Source: an uncultured cyanobacterium (GTDB taxonomy: Bacteria; Cyanobacteriota; Cyanobacteriia; Cyanobacteriales; Nostocaceae). From it: 64,000 nt of DNA. This document shows positions 31,796 through 44,400 of this stretch, in pieces. The first letter of the stretch is position 1, and the number at the start of each line of letters is the position of its first letter. Made by a program: the position numbers and the translations under genes. Where the stretch lies: NCBI GenBank assembly GCA_963706595.1, contig OY970166.1:1952001-2016000 (forward strand), written 5' to 3'. A model generated the notes under the pieces. That model made no database searches. It saw nothing but the letters and a program-made list of their open reading frames with translations, and had not been told where the DNA came from.

Positions 31796-33164
31796 TCACC
31801 CCACCCAAGCCAGACACAAATTCCGAAAATCATCACCCCTGGCTTCAAAATTAGGATACTGGTCAAAACTCGCACAAGCCGGAGACAACAAAACCACAGA
31901 CGCGTGATATTCTTTCGCTAATTCTGCTGACCGAGAAACAGCCTTCGCCATCGTTTCCACAATTTCGTAATTAGTATAACCCACCGCTTGCAGACGTTGA
32001 GCAAATGCTGGTGCTGCATTACCAATTAATAAAACCGCCGCCGCTTTAGCTTGAATTTTAGTTAACCAGCCAGTATCATCACCGGGTTTAGCTTCACCAC
32101 CAGCAATCAAAATTGCGGGACTATTCACAGAGACTAACCCAACTTCAGCCGCATCATAATTAGTGGCTTTGCTATCGTTAATAAAATCAATCCCTTCCCA
32201 AGTGCAAATATGTTCTAAACGATGGGGAACACCAGAAAATTTGCGAATTGCAGTATCAATAGCATCAGGCGCAATTTCTGCTAACCGCGCCGCAGCAACA
32301 GCCATTAAGAGATTTTGCAGGTTATGTTCTCCTACCATTCGCAAAGCCGAGGCTGAGATGACTCTTTCTGGTTTCAGAGGTTGGTTTTAACTTTTCTACA
32401 ACCCAACCATCTTCAATATAAAAGCCTTGTTCACTAACTAAAAAATCTTCACCTTTAACACTTGTCCAATAAGCATCCGGCCAATGACTGATACCCATCT
32501 TATTTAAATAGGAGTCATCACCATTCAATACTTGAAAATTGGACTGAAGTAATAACTTAGCTTTGATATTGTAGTAATTTTCTAAAGTCTTATGACGGGC
32601 GAGATGGTCTGGTGTAAAAGTCGTCCAAATGCCGATGCGGGGGGCGAGAGTAACTGAAGATTCGACTTGATAACTGCTAATTTCTGCTATTACCCAATCT
32701 GGCAGTTTTTCAGATAGCGCAACTTCACAGGCAGCATAACCAATATTACCACAGGCAGGGGCATTTAATCCGGCGGCTTGAAATATTGCGGCAATTAAAG
32801 CGGTAGTCGTGGTTTTACCATTCGTGCCAGTAATACCCACCCAAGGGGAAGCTTGTAAATATCGCCAAGCGAGTTCCATTTCGCCGATAGTTTCAATGCC
32901 TAATTCTCGCGCCTTGACTAACACGGGAATATCCCAAGGTACGCCAGGACTAACAACAATTAAATCAGATAAATCAGTGCCATTTAAATCAAGAGAATGC
33001 CCCAATTTTACAGTGATTTGCTCGGTAGCGAGTTCTTGTTGTTGTTTCAGGAGGCTAGAGGAGGTGTTACTATCACTTAGCACTACCTCCCAACCTTCCC
33101 GTTTCAACAATCTCGCCGTAGCAACACCGGACTTTCCTAATCCAATTACTGAAGCTCTAGGCAT
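31796..33164 (-). CDS. murD: UDP-N-acetylmuramoyl-L-alanine--D-glutamate ligase; +1 frameshift at about 32372-32374
   Basis: [40 protein letters not shown]; removing one base gives about 455 aa. Confidence 0.93.
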
Positions 33165-33333
33165 AGACTGTAGCAGAGTTCCCTGGTTAAGCACTCATTA
33201 TATTAACGCTTATTGGCAACAATTACACCAGTTTTTTGTGACATTAGGCTACAAATTTATAAGACCCCACCCCTAACCCCTCCCCGCAAGCGAGGAGGGG
33301 AACTGGATTCACAGTCCAAAAACCTTTTATTTG

Positions 33334-33413
33334 GTAGGGTGCGTTATGGACTTTAGTCCTAACGCACCGAGAATCTCAGATGGTGCGTTGCGCTACGCGA
33401 CAACACACCCTAC
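33334..33413. repeat. GTAG-type REP doublet (REPIN-like), 80 bp
   Basis: gtagggtg...caccctac with two internal palindromes; inverted near-copy at 63341-63420. Confidence 0.75.
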
Positions 33414-33535
33414 AAACTACAAATTTTTGACGCTATCACAGAAGACCTCTCTCCAAACCTCTCTCCTACAAGGAGAGAGGCTTTGAATTTTCCCCCTTCC
33501 CTCGTAGGGAAGGGGGCTAGGGGGTTAGGTTTTAA

Positions 33536-35686
33536 CTACAAATTTTTGACAATAGCACCAAAATCAGCCAATACACGGGCATGATTCCGCAGTAATCCTA
33601 GTAGGTGTAGCCGATTGCGTTTAATGTCTGGATTGGGGTCCATGACTAAAACGCTGTCTTCACCATCAAAGAAGTTAGCCACGGTGGGCGCGATTTTTTC
33701 TAGCGCTGCTATCAATAGTTGATAGTTGCGGGTTTGTTTCGCTGCTTGAGTTTGTGGGACTAATTCTACTAGGGCGTTGTAAAATGCTTGTTCAGAAGAC
33801 TTTTGGAAGAGTTCTGGCTGAATTAAACTTGTGGGTTCTAGCTGCTGGAAGTCTAAATCACCTTGGGCGGCTAGTCTGGTGGAACGGTTGACAGTTTCGT
33901 AGATTTTATCTAGAGTACCATCTTTGCGGATTTGTTGCAGATATAAGGCGCGATCGCGCACATCTAGCAAATCCTGTAACGCCCGTTCTGTATATTCTGG
34001 GTCATTCTCTCCCAAAACGGCGTTTACTAGGTCATAGTCAATTTGCTTTTCGTCTTGTAGTAAGGTGCGAATCCGTTGTAAGAAAAACTCTTGCAAAGCT
34101 GTAATTAATTTGTCTTGTTCCTTATTGTATTTCGCAGCAAAATCTGTGGCTATTTGCGTTAATAATTTATTTAAATTAATCGGCAAATTCGCAAACCAAG
34201 TAATATTAACCACCGCATTTGCAGCCCGACGCAACGCAAAGGGGTCTGAGGAACCTGTGGGAATTAAACCCAAGCCAAAGATACTGACTAAAGTATCTAA
34301 TCTATCAGCTAAACCGACAATTTGACCTGTGAGAGTTCCCGGTAAAATATCACCTGCGCCTGTGGGTAAATAATGTTGAACAATGGCACTGGCGACTTCT
34401 GCATCTTCCCCACTGGCTAAAGCATATTTTTCGCCCATAATGCCTTGCAATTCTGGGAATTCATACACCATTTGCGAAACCAAATCAGCTTTACATAATA
34501 AAGCCGCCCGTTCGGTTTTTTCGCGTTTGTTTGACTCTAATTCTAATTGTCGGCTAATGTAATCTGCAATGGTGACTATTCTATCTACTTTGTCACGAAC
34601 TGAACCTAATTCTTCTTGGAAGGTGACTGTTTCTAACTGCGGTAAATAGCTGACTAAAGGTTTCGCTAAATCAGCTTTATAGAAGAATTTACCATCAGCT
34701 AATCTGGCACGAATTACCCTTTCATTACCCACAGCAATAATATCTGCTTTGCTGGGATCGCCGTTAGAAACTGTGATAAAATTAGGTAATAACTCTTTAG
34801 TTTCAGCCGCTTTAAATACCGGAAAATAACGCTGGTGTGTCACCATCACTTCTGTAATTACCTCAGTCGGTAACTCTAAAAATTCCGGTTCAAATTTACC
34901 GACAACAGCAGAAGGATATTCTACAAGATTGGTAACTTCCTCTAACAAATCGGGGTAAAATATTGTCGAACCGCCGGCTTTCTCGGCTGCTGCTTGGACT
35001 GCGGTTTGAATAATATTTGCCCGTTCTTCAGGGTCAACGATGACAGCCGCATCGCGTAAAGTCTTGACATAATCTGTTGCTTCAGGAATAGTCACAGTTG
35101 CGGGATGTAAAACACGATGACCGTAGGTAATGCGATCGCTTGTAATTGTCTCAGATCCATTCACCAATTCAATGGGCAGAATTGTATCATCTAACAAAGC
35201 CACCAGCCAGCGAATGGGGCGAGAAAACTTCATCTCCCCATTACCCCAGCGCATTAACCGCTTCCCTTCCAAACCCGAAATCCACTCAGGAATTAGTTCT
35301 GTGAGAATTTCCGCCACAGGACGACCGGGAATACTTTTCTTGACAAAGACAAAATCCCCCTTCTCCGTGGGGCGAATTTCCAAAGCAGCGATATCCACAT
35401 CTTGCTTTTTGGCAAACCCTGTAGCGGCTTTCGTGGGCTGACCATCCTTAAAAGCAGCTTGGGCGGGAGGTCCCTTAATTTCCTCTTCCCGGTCTGGTTG
35501 CTGGGACGGTAGACCTGTGATGAGAACCGCCAACCGCCGGGGAGTACCGTAAACCTCCACAGCAGCACTGCTGAGACTATTGGCTGCTAAACTTTGGGGA
35601 ATGCGCGATCGCCATTGTAATATGGCATTACTGAGAAAACTTGCGGGTAGTTCTTCTGTACCAACTTCTAATAAAAATGCATTCAT
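33536..35686 (-). CDS. glyS: Glycine--tRNA ligase beta subunit
   Basis: [41 protein letters not shown]. Confidence 0.97.
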   Translation of the reverse strand: MNAFLLEVGTEELPASFLSNAILQWRSRIPQSLAANSLSSAAVEVYGTPRRLAVLITGLPSQQPDREEEIKGPPAQAAFKDGQPTKAATGFAKKQDVDIAALEIRPTEKGDFVFVKKSIPGRPVAEILTELIPEWISGLEGKRLMRWGNGEMKFSRPIRWLVALLDDTILPIELVNGSETITSDRITYGHRVLHPATVTIPEATDYVKTLRDAAVIVDPEERANIIQTAVQAAAEKAGGSTIFYPDLLEEVTNLVEYPSAVVGKFEPEFLELPTEVITEVMVTHQRYFPVFKAAETKELLPNFITVSNGDPSKADIIAVGNERVIRARLADGKFFYKADLAKPLVSYLPQLETVTFQEELGSVRDKVDRIVTIADYISRQLELESNKREKTERAALLCKADLVSQMVYEFPELQGIMGEKYALASGEDAEVASAIVQHYLPTGAGDILPGTLTGQIVGLADRLDTLVSIFGLGLIPTGSSDPFALRRAANAVVNITWFANLPINLNKLLTQIATDFAAKYNKEQDKLITALQEFFLQRIRTLLQDEKQIDYDLVNAVLGENDPEYTERALQDLLDVRDRALYLQQIRKDGTLDKIYETVNRSTRLAAQGDLDFQQLEPTSLIQPELFQKSSEQAFYNALVELVPQTQAAKQTRNYQLLIAALEKIAPTVANFFDGEDSVLVMDPNPDIKRNRLHLLGLLRNHARVLADFGAIVKNL

Positions 35687-36060
35687 AGGACAATGTTTTA
35701 ACTTGGCGTTCCCACAGTTTACTAACATTTGGCACGAGGCGGGAGACATCCTCACCCAAATTCAGCCACTATCGCCAGCTATTTGACACGTTTTTAACTG
35801 GTGGCATTCTGTATCAACTCAGCCTAAAAGCTAAAAAACAGCTAAGTATCAAAATAATGAGTTTTACTTATATACAATTATTTAGTATATATAACTGATA
35901 TAATAAAAGCTTACGATTTAATAAATTATCTATTATTGCTGAATAGAAAACTTGAAGATTCTTGATTTGGAAAACAAATTTATTTGTAAAAGAATCTTTT
36001 TTGAAAAAGAGTTTCCTGGCGTTGTAGCTACTTTATTTATCACCACATTGGAGAGTCATT

Positions 36061-36165
36061 ATGTCTAAAGAAAAAAAGAGCAATAAAGAAGTTAAAAAAC
36101 CCAAAAAAGATGCTGACAAAAAAAAGGACAAAAAAAATACCAATATATCTAACAATCCTGGCTGA
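36061..36165 (+). CDS. Putative 34-aa Lys-rich small protein
   Basis: GGAGAG RBS; MSKEKKSNKEVKKPKKDADKKKDKKNTNISNNPG*. Confidence 0.45.
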   Translation: MSKEKKSNKEVKKPKKDADKKKDKKNTNISNNPG

Positions 36166-36809
36166 TTAGCTCTTTACCCAGAGACTCAGATTCCCGATTT
36201 GTTGAAAGATACATTTGGTGAATAGAGGTAAATTCCCTCATCCTAACGATAAAAAAAGGTTTTGCGTAGGCTTGCATTATGAAGATTGCGCCGTGAACCC
36301 TATAAAATCGTTGGTGTGAGGGTTATTTTATGAATGAACAGATGCATCCTCAAAGAAGTCGGAGATTTCTTTGTTCACTAATGATTTAAAGAACAGCCAA
36401 ATGAAGTACATCATAGCGCTCTTTTATGACTCTGATGAAAGAAAAAAGAGTAGGTTGGGTTGAAGCCTTGTGAAACCCAACGAAACCAAGGATTGTAGGT
36501 GTTGGGTTACGCCTTCGGCAAACTACGTTAACGTTCCTCTACCCAACCTACGTTTAAATTGATCAAAGTGATAAAAAATAAGGGTTCATGATTTTTATAT
36601 GACGAGAATAATAAAAGAGCGATAGTCCCCTCCTCGCTTGCGCTACCGTGTACACACAAGTCTTAAAGCTCCACCTAATGTTGCGTTTCGTCGTCTGTAT
36701 CTGGGCTGTTGGCTTGCTACAAGAAGCCGTCATTGCGTATCGCTAAGGCGAAAGCTCCGCTAACGCGTAGCGTCTCGCAGAGAGGAGGAACGACGACGCA
36801 ATCGCATAG

Positions 36810-37249
36810 TCCCGTATATAAATTGCAGCCCTTAGAAAAACCACAAATAGAAGAGTTCTTAATTTCCCGTCAACCGCAACTACCCCAAGATGCCAAAGTT
36901 CAAGGCGAAGATTACAAAACAGCTTGTATTGATTACCTGAAATCAGCCCTCAATCCTCAGCCGTCAATGGAAGGAAAAAGAAGAAGCGAAGCAAGAATGG
37001 TACTTCCGCCACGATAAAATTATGGATTTCTTCTTGGTGCAGAACTTTATGGGTGACAATGATGCCGCAGAAAGATTATTAGTTGATAGAATGAGTGACC
37101 CCCGATTTCGTGGGGTTTATTTTTTATTAGCGACTTTATTACCCTTAGATGCAGCCAAGGAACTGCGAGAAGCGTTGATTCAATATGCTGCTGATACTAA
37201 GGATAATACGGTAAGTAATACGTTTGTGCAGTTATTACGGTCTAGGTGA
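36810..37249 (+). pseudogene. C-terminal remnant of a NACHT-type NTPase protein
   Basis: YKLQPL..QIEEFL then a frame change to WYFRHDKIMDFF...; 5' part replaced by repeats. Confidence 0.55.
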
Positions 37250-37975
37250 GATAATATTGAAAAAGCTGTTATGGATAGAAATTAAACATCTCATTTTTTG
37301 TGTAGCTGGCGTGGCGACTTAGGCATAAACCCTATGAAACCTCACCCCAGCCCTCTCCTTAGCAAGGAGAGGGAGCAGGGAAATTGATGAAAGATTGTTC
37401 TCACCCTACATTTACTAACATCCAATACTCCCCTCTCCTTAGTAAGGAGAGGGGTTGGGGGTGAGGTTCTTTATTTAATTAAATAACCACAATCAAAAAT
37501 GCGTGGTTAAATTGCTCAAACCTAACCAACACAAACAAAACTTGAATAAAGTCGATTTCCGAGAAAAGCTAATATTCGGCGAAGTTTTACAATACCAATT
37601 TTATGTGAGGCTGCATATTATTTTTACCCCACCCCTTACCCCTACCCTGTTACTACAACTCAAGGAGACACCTCTTGCACCAGCTGCACCCCGCCGGAAA
37701 TATCTGATCTGTGTCAAAACCACTGCTGGATCAGTACGTGGTGGGAGAGTGACAACAACATCTTTTTGTGAGCATTGTTTACTTACTCTATCCAGAATAC
37801 ACAGCACAGGATACCCATTCACGTTTCTTCTTGATGTGAGATAGGGGATCATTTTGTTATCAATGAAATATTGCAAGATATATGTTGGTAGAGACCGCAA
37901 TATTACTATTATATGGAGTATCAAATACAATGACTTTGCCAATAGACATCTGCAAATAGGAATCTCGTTACTACT

Positions 37976-38713
37976 ATGTACAGTCACATATCAGGTAAAT
38001 TTACTGCTTTTGGGATCATGCCTTGGTTCTTGGGAAGCTGTTTGGTGCTGATTCCCCAAAGTAGTCCAGCACAAATACGGGTCAATAACACAGTGGTTCA
38101 GAGTTTACCGCCAGTACCTAATGTTCCATCAATGTCAGGAGTGGAATTTCAGTATCAGCAAAATTTTCAGCCCTACCAACCAGAACAGGTTAATCAATAT
38201 AGCCAAAATTTTCAGCGTTACTTAGTATATATTGAGAGTAGTAATTCCCAGACTTTGCAGCAAGTACGCCGGATTGATCCGGAAGCTTATATTCGGCAGT
38301 ACCAAGGACGTTCTGTGATTCAGTCAGGAATTTTTAGTCAACTAATTAATGCAGAAAATCGGGTCAGAGAATTACAGTCATACGGCATCAGCAATACCCG
38401 AATCGTCAACTTTAGTGATGGACAAGAAACTGGTTTTGTAACTCCTGGACAGCAACCAATGTCAACTCTCCCCAATCGGAGAAAAGAGTCTAGCTATTAT
38501 GCTGTGATTCCTGCCGAGGCGAGAGAATTACCTGCAATTGCAAATAATATTAGGCAACGTAGTGGACAGTATGGTGTCGTACTGGTAAGGCAAGAACCAC
38601 TAGGGTCACACGTCGCTGTCGGTCCTTTTACGAGCAGGACAGATGCAGAGGTATGGAATAAATATCTGCGAGAATTAGGATATGGTAACTCCAGAGTTTA
38701 CTACGGTAGGTGA
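37976..38713 (+). CDS. Exported hypothetical protein (SPOR-like repeats)
   Basis: Signal-like N-terminus; IQSGIFS..NAE and VAVGPF.SR..AE motifs. Confidence 0.6.
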   Translation: MYSHISGKFTAFGIMPWFLGSCLVLIPQSSPAQIRVNNTVVQSLPPVPNVPSMSGVEFQYQQNFQPYQPEQVNQYSQNFQRYLVYIESSNSQTLQQVRRIDPEAYIRQYQGRSVIQSGIFSQLINAENRVRELQSYGISNTRIVNFSDGQETGFVTPGQQPMSTLPNRRKESSYYAVIPAEARELPAIANNIRQRSGQYGVVLVRQEPLGSHVAVGPFTSRTDAEVWNKYLRELGYGNSRVYYGR

Positions 38714-39116
38714 ATTATCGCAGTTTTTGGGTACATCAAACATATCTAGAAGTTACGCATTGACAATTAACATTAAATATGCATTATCAAAAGCCATATC
38801 TTTTGTAGGGGTTTAGCAATGCTAAACCCCTACAATCCTGGTTTATTTACAATCAAAATCATCGTGGATAAAAGTCTGAAACGACGTATTCTATTGAAAG
38901 CATACCCTGATTAATTTGTAAAGTGCGTAAGTTCTAATATCTTTTTTTCTCACGCATCAGCGTTCGCGCAGCGTGCCGGAGGCTCTAGCCAAGTAAAAAG
39001 TACGTTAGGCGCAAAGACGCAAAGGAAGAAATTCTCAAAATTGCGATAAGTACTGATGGCTGAGTTAAAAGTTAAGAATGAGGAATTCAAGACTCGAAGC
39101 TGAGGACTCAGGACTA

Positions 39117-40694
39117 ATGCAAGATAGACAAGCACAAGTTTCACAAGTTGTAGTCACTGCTGGGCAAATGCGGGATATTGAAGGGCGCATCTTTGCTGCC
39201 GGAATGCCTGTTGCGGCTTTAATGGAAAAGGTGGCGGGATTAATTGCCCTTCGTGTTCAGCAAGCGGAAGGATCTCGTGTGGGGATTTTAGTCGGTCCTG
39301 GTCATAATGGTGGTGATGCTTTGGTTGTAGCCCGTGAATTACACTTTCGCGGGTATGCAGTTTGGTTATATTCTCCTTTTTCTAAATTAAAGGAGTTAAC
39401 TTCGCAGCATTTGCAATATGCTCAGAGTTTAGGTATTCCCTGTTATCAAGCATTTGAGCAATTGCCTGATTGTGATTTTTTGATTGATGGGTTGTTTGGT
39501 TTTGGTTTAGAAAGACCAATTACTGATGCGTTAGCGGAGCTTACCGAAGGTATCGCTTTGGCAATTAATCAGCTAAATCAATGGCGTAAGCCGATTTTGA
39601 GTATTGATATTCCTTCAGGTATTCACACTGATACAGGTGAAGTATTAGGCACTGCTATTCGGGCGACTCACACATTTTGCCTCGGTTTATGGAAGCTGGC
39701 TTTTTTCCAAGACCAAGCTTTAGAATATATCGGCAAAGCGGAATTAATTGATTTTGATATTCCTGTGGCTGATGTGGAAGCTGTTTTAGGAGATGCACCC
39801 AGAATTAAACGCATTACCCCAGGAACAGTAAAATTAACTTTACCTTTACCTCGTCCACCAGTGACGCACAAATATAAAGAAGGTCATTTACTGCTGATTT
39901 GTGGTTCCCGTCGCTATGCAGGGGGAGCAATTTTAACGGCTTTGGGGGCGCGTGCTAGTGGTGTTGGTATGCTCTCAATTGCTGTGCCAGAATCTTTGAA
40001 ACCGCTTTTAGTATCACATTTACCCGAAGCTTTAATTATAGGTTGTCCAGAAACGGAAACTGGAGCGATCGCACATCTGCAATTACCAGACAAAACTGAT
40101 TTGAGTTCCTTTAGTGCGATCGCCTGTGGACCCGGTTTAACATTAGATGCTACCCCCATTGTCCAAGAGGTAATTTCGAGCGAAGTTTCCTTAGTCCTCG
40201 ATGCTGATGGCTTGAATATCTTGGCATACATGGGAACCATCCCCACATTACAAAAACGCCAAGCGCCAACGGTTCTCACACCCCACACAGGTGAATTTCA
40301 GCGCTTGTTCCCCGATCTTGCCGACCCCAAGCACGACAGGGTAAAAGCAGTGAAAGACGCGGCTGTGCAGAGTGGGGCTGTAGTCTTATTAAAAGGAGCA
40401 AGAACTGCGATCGCTAACTCCCAAGGTGCAATTTGGATTAATCCTGAAAGTACCCCAGCTTTAGCCCGTGGTGGTAGTGGCGACGTATTGACAGGATTAA
40501 TCGGCGGCTTATTGGCACAAGCAGCCACTAAGGAAATTCCTGTAGAAGATATTGTAGCAACTGCGGCTTGGTGGCATTCTCAAGCTGGGATTTTAGCCGC
40601 CCAAGAACGCACAGAACTAGGTGTAGATGCCTTTACTTTGACACAATATCTGATGAAAGTGATCAATCAATTACCTACGCTGGGTTGGGGTTAA
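39117..40694 (+). CDS. nnr: Bifunctional NAD(P)H-hydrate epimerase/dehydratase
   Basis: GPGHNGGD, DGLFGFG, DIPSG, LDADGL, TPHTGEF, GGSGDVL. Confidence 0.92.
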   Translation: MQDRQAQVSQVVVTAGQMRDIEGRIFAAGMPVAALMEKVAGLIALRVQQAEGSRVGILVGPGHNGGDALVVARELHFRGYAVWLYSPFSKLKELTSQHLQYAQSLGIPCYQAFEQLPDCDFLIDGLFGFGLERPITDALAELTEGIALAINQLNQWRKPILSIDIPSGIHTDTGEVLGTAIRATHTFCLGLWKLAFFQDQALEYIGKAELIDFDIPVADVEAVLGDAPRIKRITPGTVKLTLPLPRPPVTHKYKEGHLLLICGSRRYAGGAILTALGARASGVGMLSIAVPESLKPLLVSHLPEALIIGCPETETGAIAHLQLPDKTDLSSFSAIACGPGLTLDATPIVQEVISSEVSLVLDADGLNILAYMGTIPTLQKRQAPTVLTPHTGEFQRLFPDLADPKHDRVKAVKDAAVQSGAVVLLKGARTAIANSQGAIWINPESTPALARGGSGDVLTGLIGGLLAQAATKEIPVEDIVATAAWWHSQAGILAAQERTELGVDAFTLTQYLMKVINQLPTLGWG

Positions 40695-40830
40695 GTTCCC
40701 TGGAAAAAACCGTAACGCTTTCGTTTTATTCCCATTAGGTGAAAATTTTGGTAAAAATGCGGTAATTTCTGAGGCTGAACCTTCAATCTTCCTGCAAGCT
40801 GGAGTTAGTTAGCATCTACTCTCAACTCCT

Positions 40831-41136
40831 ATGCAAATTGTCATCTTATCTATCTGGTTAGGATTAATGTTCGCAGCCGTTGGATTGGCTGTTTGGGTGA
40901 TTCAAAATTCCCAACCGAAACGCGCTAGTCAAACATCCGCCAGGAAAAATAATCGTCCCGTACACCTACCCATCAAAACCAATTCTAGACAATGGAAAGA
41001 ACTCTTATCCTTGTTACATGGTGATACTGATGCAGCATACAGATTAGTCAATGCGGAAATGAGGCGTAATCCCACCAGAACCGCCCAATGGTGCATTGAT
41101 AAAGCACTCTGGCAATTGAAGAGAGATAGAATGTAA
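40831..41136 (+). CDS. Small membrane-anchored hypothetical protein
   Basis: N-terminal TM helix; LL.LLHGD...A.RL...W...KALWQL.RDR. Confidence 0.65.
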   Translation: MQIVILSIWLGLMFAAVGLAVWVIQNSQPKRASQTSARKNNRPVHLPIKTNSRQWKELLSLLHGDTDAAYRLVNAEMRRNPTRTAQWCIDKALWQLKRDRM

Positions 41137-41413
41137 GTCTGTCTGAGAATCGCCTCAGTAGAAGCTACAGCTACTCTAGACGTAGTATGTCCCAAGAGAA
41201 AGTAATTGAGTATTTAAATGAACGTACTGAGGGATTACCTGTAATAACATTTAATGCTTTTAAAAGCAGGATAGCTAATGCTGTAACTGACATTTATTTT
41301 GGTAAGACATTAAAGGCAGCTACAAGACACTTTTTACAGATAAGTATTAATGCCAAGTAAGGGTTTTAAGTTGAATTACAGACATATTTAACGTCATAAG
41401 TAATGAAGAGGTA

Positions 41414-44400
41414 TTAATCATGAAATATTTGATAAATACTAATCTCTCCTTCTGAATAATTTTCATAAATGTGCTGATAAACCTCAAAGCATTTTTTCTC
41501 ATACACTTCTGCTGAGTAACTTGGAGGTAACTTATCTAGAATATCTTTAATTGTCACTTCTACACCTGCTCTAGTTTGCTGGCGTTTTCTCCAGTCTAGA
41601 ACTAACTTTTCACGTTTTAATGTCTCTAATAATTCCCTAGCTACTTGTTTGACTTCTAATTCTTCTTCTTTAGCTAGTTTAATTTCTGGTTTAGTCAGTA
41701 AGTCAAAAATAGCTAATTCTTCTTCAGTTAGTTTATTTGCAATTGCTCTTTTATCTTCTTGCTTTAACTCTTGAGCAAAGTTAATCAACTCATTAAAGAA
41801 CCATTCCACATTTCTTGAACCAGCATTATACTCATCTATTAATTTTTGAAATTTTTCTAGATAATTAATCCGGGTTCTATTCAACTGCACCATCTTTTGT
41901 ACTTTGCTGTTAATATTACCTTTAAGTTTCTCTGCTGTTGTCCGTTGATAACCAGTATTAAACTGTGCTTGTAATGCTTCAAAGTCTAAATTATTTAGGT
42001 TTACTAATTGACTGGGATTATTAGAAATGATAAATTGTCCAGCCTTAATAGAATCATCTAATAATTCTTCTACCTGTTCTACTACCTCAGATATATCTGT
42101 ATGTGAAACTTCTGACCTAAGTTTATCTGCTAATCTGGTTAATAATGCTTGAGTTTTCGTAAATTCACTAGCAGCTATATCAGGTAAGATTGCTTTATAT
42201 AGCTTGGTGACATTATTAACGATAGAAAAGTAGTTGCGTTTAGAATCATCATTAACTAATATTGCTTCTACAGCTTCATCCCAAAATTTAGTTCGTAAAA
42301 AAGCATCTTGAGTATTTTCTAACTGGGTAAAGTCAATTCCTTTATCTTGGCAGAATACTAAGGCTTCGGTTATTGCTTCTCGCAATTGTCCTACTAAAGC
42401 TGACTTGTTTTTAACTGGTGTATCTCCTTCCTGAATACCACCACCGGAAGCAGAACCATAGATAGATAATGCTGTTTGTAAATCTCTAAATACTCCTATA
42501 TAATCAACTATTAACCCATTATTTTTATTTTGAAAAACTCGATTAGCTCTCGCTATAGTTTGCATGAGAGTATGGTTATACATGGGTTTATCTAAATAAA
42601 TAGTGGAACAGCTAGGAACATCAAACCCTGTTATCCACATTGCACAGACAAATACTATTCTGAGGGGGTTTTCATTATCTTTAAATTTCTCATCTAATGC
42701 TGGTGACTCTTTAGCAATTCTTTGACGGTGAGGGGTAATATCTAATTGTTTTTTCTGAAATGCTTCTATCTCACCTTGAGACTGAGAAACTATTACAGCC
42801 ATGTCTGTTTCTTCCATGTAGCGAATTTGTTTAAAAAGTTTCTTTTGTTCAAATTCACTCAGGGTTGATGTAGCTAATTCTGTTTTCAGTTTAATTAAAT
42901 GTTGTTGCCAAAAATTCTGAACTTTATTATACATTTTTACAGTGGTAAATCTATCAATAGAAATTACCATTGCTTTACCTTTATAGCCTCTATTTAAAAA
43001 GTGAGTGACTATATCAGCAGCAATTACTTCTAAACGGTCATTTCTGGTAATAATTTGATATTCTCTAGCACATTGTCTTTCTAAAATATTTTCTTCTTCT
43101 TCATCTATCACGGTATTATCAATGATGCGATAAATATCTTCGTTTAAATCATCATTGGTTAATTGCAGTTCAGGAATCCTATTTTCATAAAATAGCGGTA
43201 CTGTGGCGTTATCTTCGATTGATTGACGGAAGTTGTAAATACTAACATACTCACCAAATACATCTCTAGTTCTTTCTTCCCCTGCCATTAATGGTGTACC
43301 TGTAAAGCCAATAAATGCTGCATTTGGTAAAGCTTTTCTCATGTTTAAAGCAAATGTATCATATTGGCTACGGTGAGCTTCATCAGCTATTACAATAATG
43401 TCTTTACGGTCAGATAGTTTAGGGTATTCTTGATCTTTTTCAATGCGAAATTTTTGAATTAATGTGAATATATAGCGGTGGTCTTCTTTGAGTAATTGTT
43501 TTAAATGTTCAGCGTTTTTAGCTCTAACTTCTTTTTCTGGTTCTGTGACTACCCCAGTATAAGCAAAGTTTTTATAAATTTGGTCGTCTAGGTCTTCTCT
43601 ATCGGTGATAATTAAAAATGTCCAGTTGCCTATTAATTTACGCAGTATTTTTTGAGAAAAGAACACCATAGAATAGCTTTTACCGCTTCCTTGGGTATGC
43701 CAGAATACACCTAATTTACCTTGGTTGTCTTGAATGTTTTTAACTCCCTCAATGGCACTGTTAACGCCTAGAAGTTGGTGATTTTTAGCTACTATTTTTA
43801 CTAATGAACCTTTGGCGGTGTAGAAAAAGATGAAATTTTCTATCAAGTCTAACAGCTTTGTTTGCTCACAAGTTCCTCTAATGATTGTATCTAGGGAAAT
43901 TATGCCTTCTTCACCTTCACTATTGATTTTCTTCCATTCGCTGTAGTGTTCCCAGGATGCTGTTAAGCTACCAATACGGCTTTTACTGCCATTAGAAAGG
44001 ATAATCAAAGCGTTATACCAAAAAAGCTGAGGTATTGTTTGTTTATAATCTTGTAGATTGTTTTTATAAGCTAATTCTAAACGTTTGTGATTGGCTTTTA
44101 GTTCAATAAATACTAAGGGTAAACCATTGACAAAACCTATTAAGTCAGCACGTCTAGTATATATTTCTCCTGTTACCCAAAATTGAGAAGCTAGGAAGAA
44201 ATGATTATGAGTTGGATTTTCCCACTCAATAACCTTAACTGTTTCTACCTGTTCCTCATCATTAGCATCTTTGAAGTTTACCTTTACCCCAGTTTTTAGC
44301 AGTTGGTAAATTTCCCGGTTAGCATTTTCTAAACTTAAGGTGTTACGACTGCGGGTCAGTTCTTCTGTAGCGAGTTCTAAAGCTTCTGCGGGTAAGTCTG

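Noticed and set aside
32340..32400. Programmed frameshift in murD
   Set aside because: No known recoding in murD and no clear slippery site plus stimulator; the same +1 pattern in two other genes suggests error
37503..38051. Overlapping ORFs of 113, 128 and 65 aa
   Set aside because: No recognisable motifs, mutually overlapping on both strands; more likely an upstream intergenic region
41137..41413. att-site duplication of the tRNA-Lys 3' end bounding the R-M island
   Set aside because: No convincing copy of gggtgacctgagactcgaac found by eye
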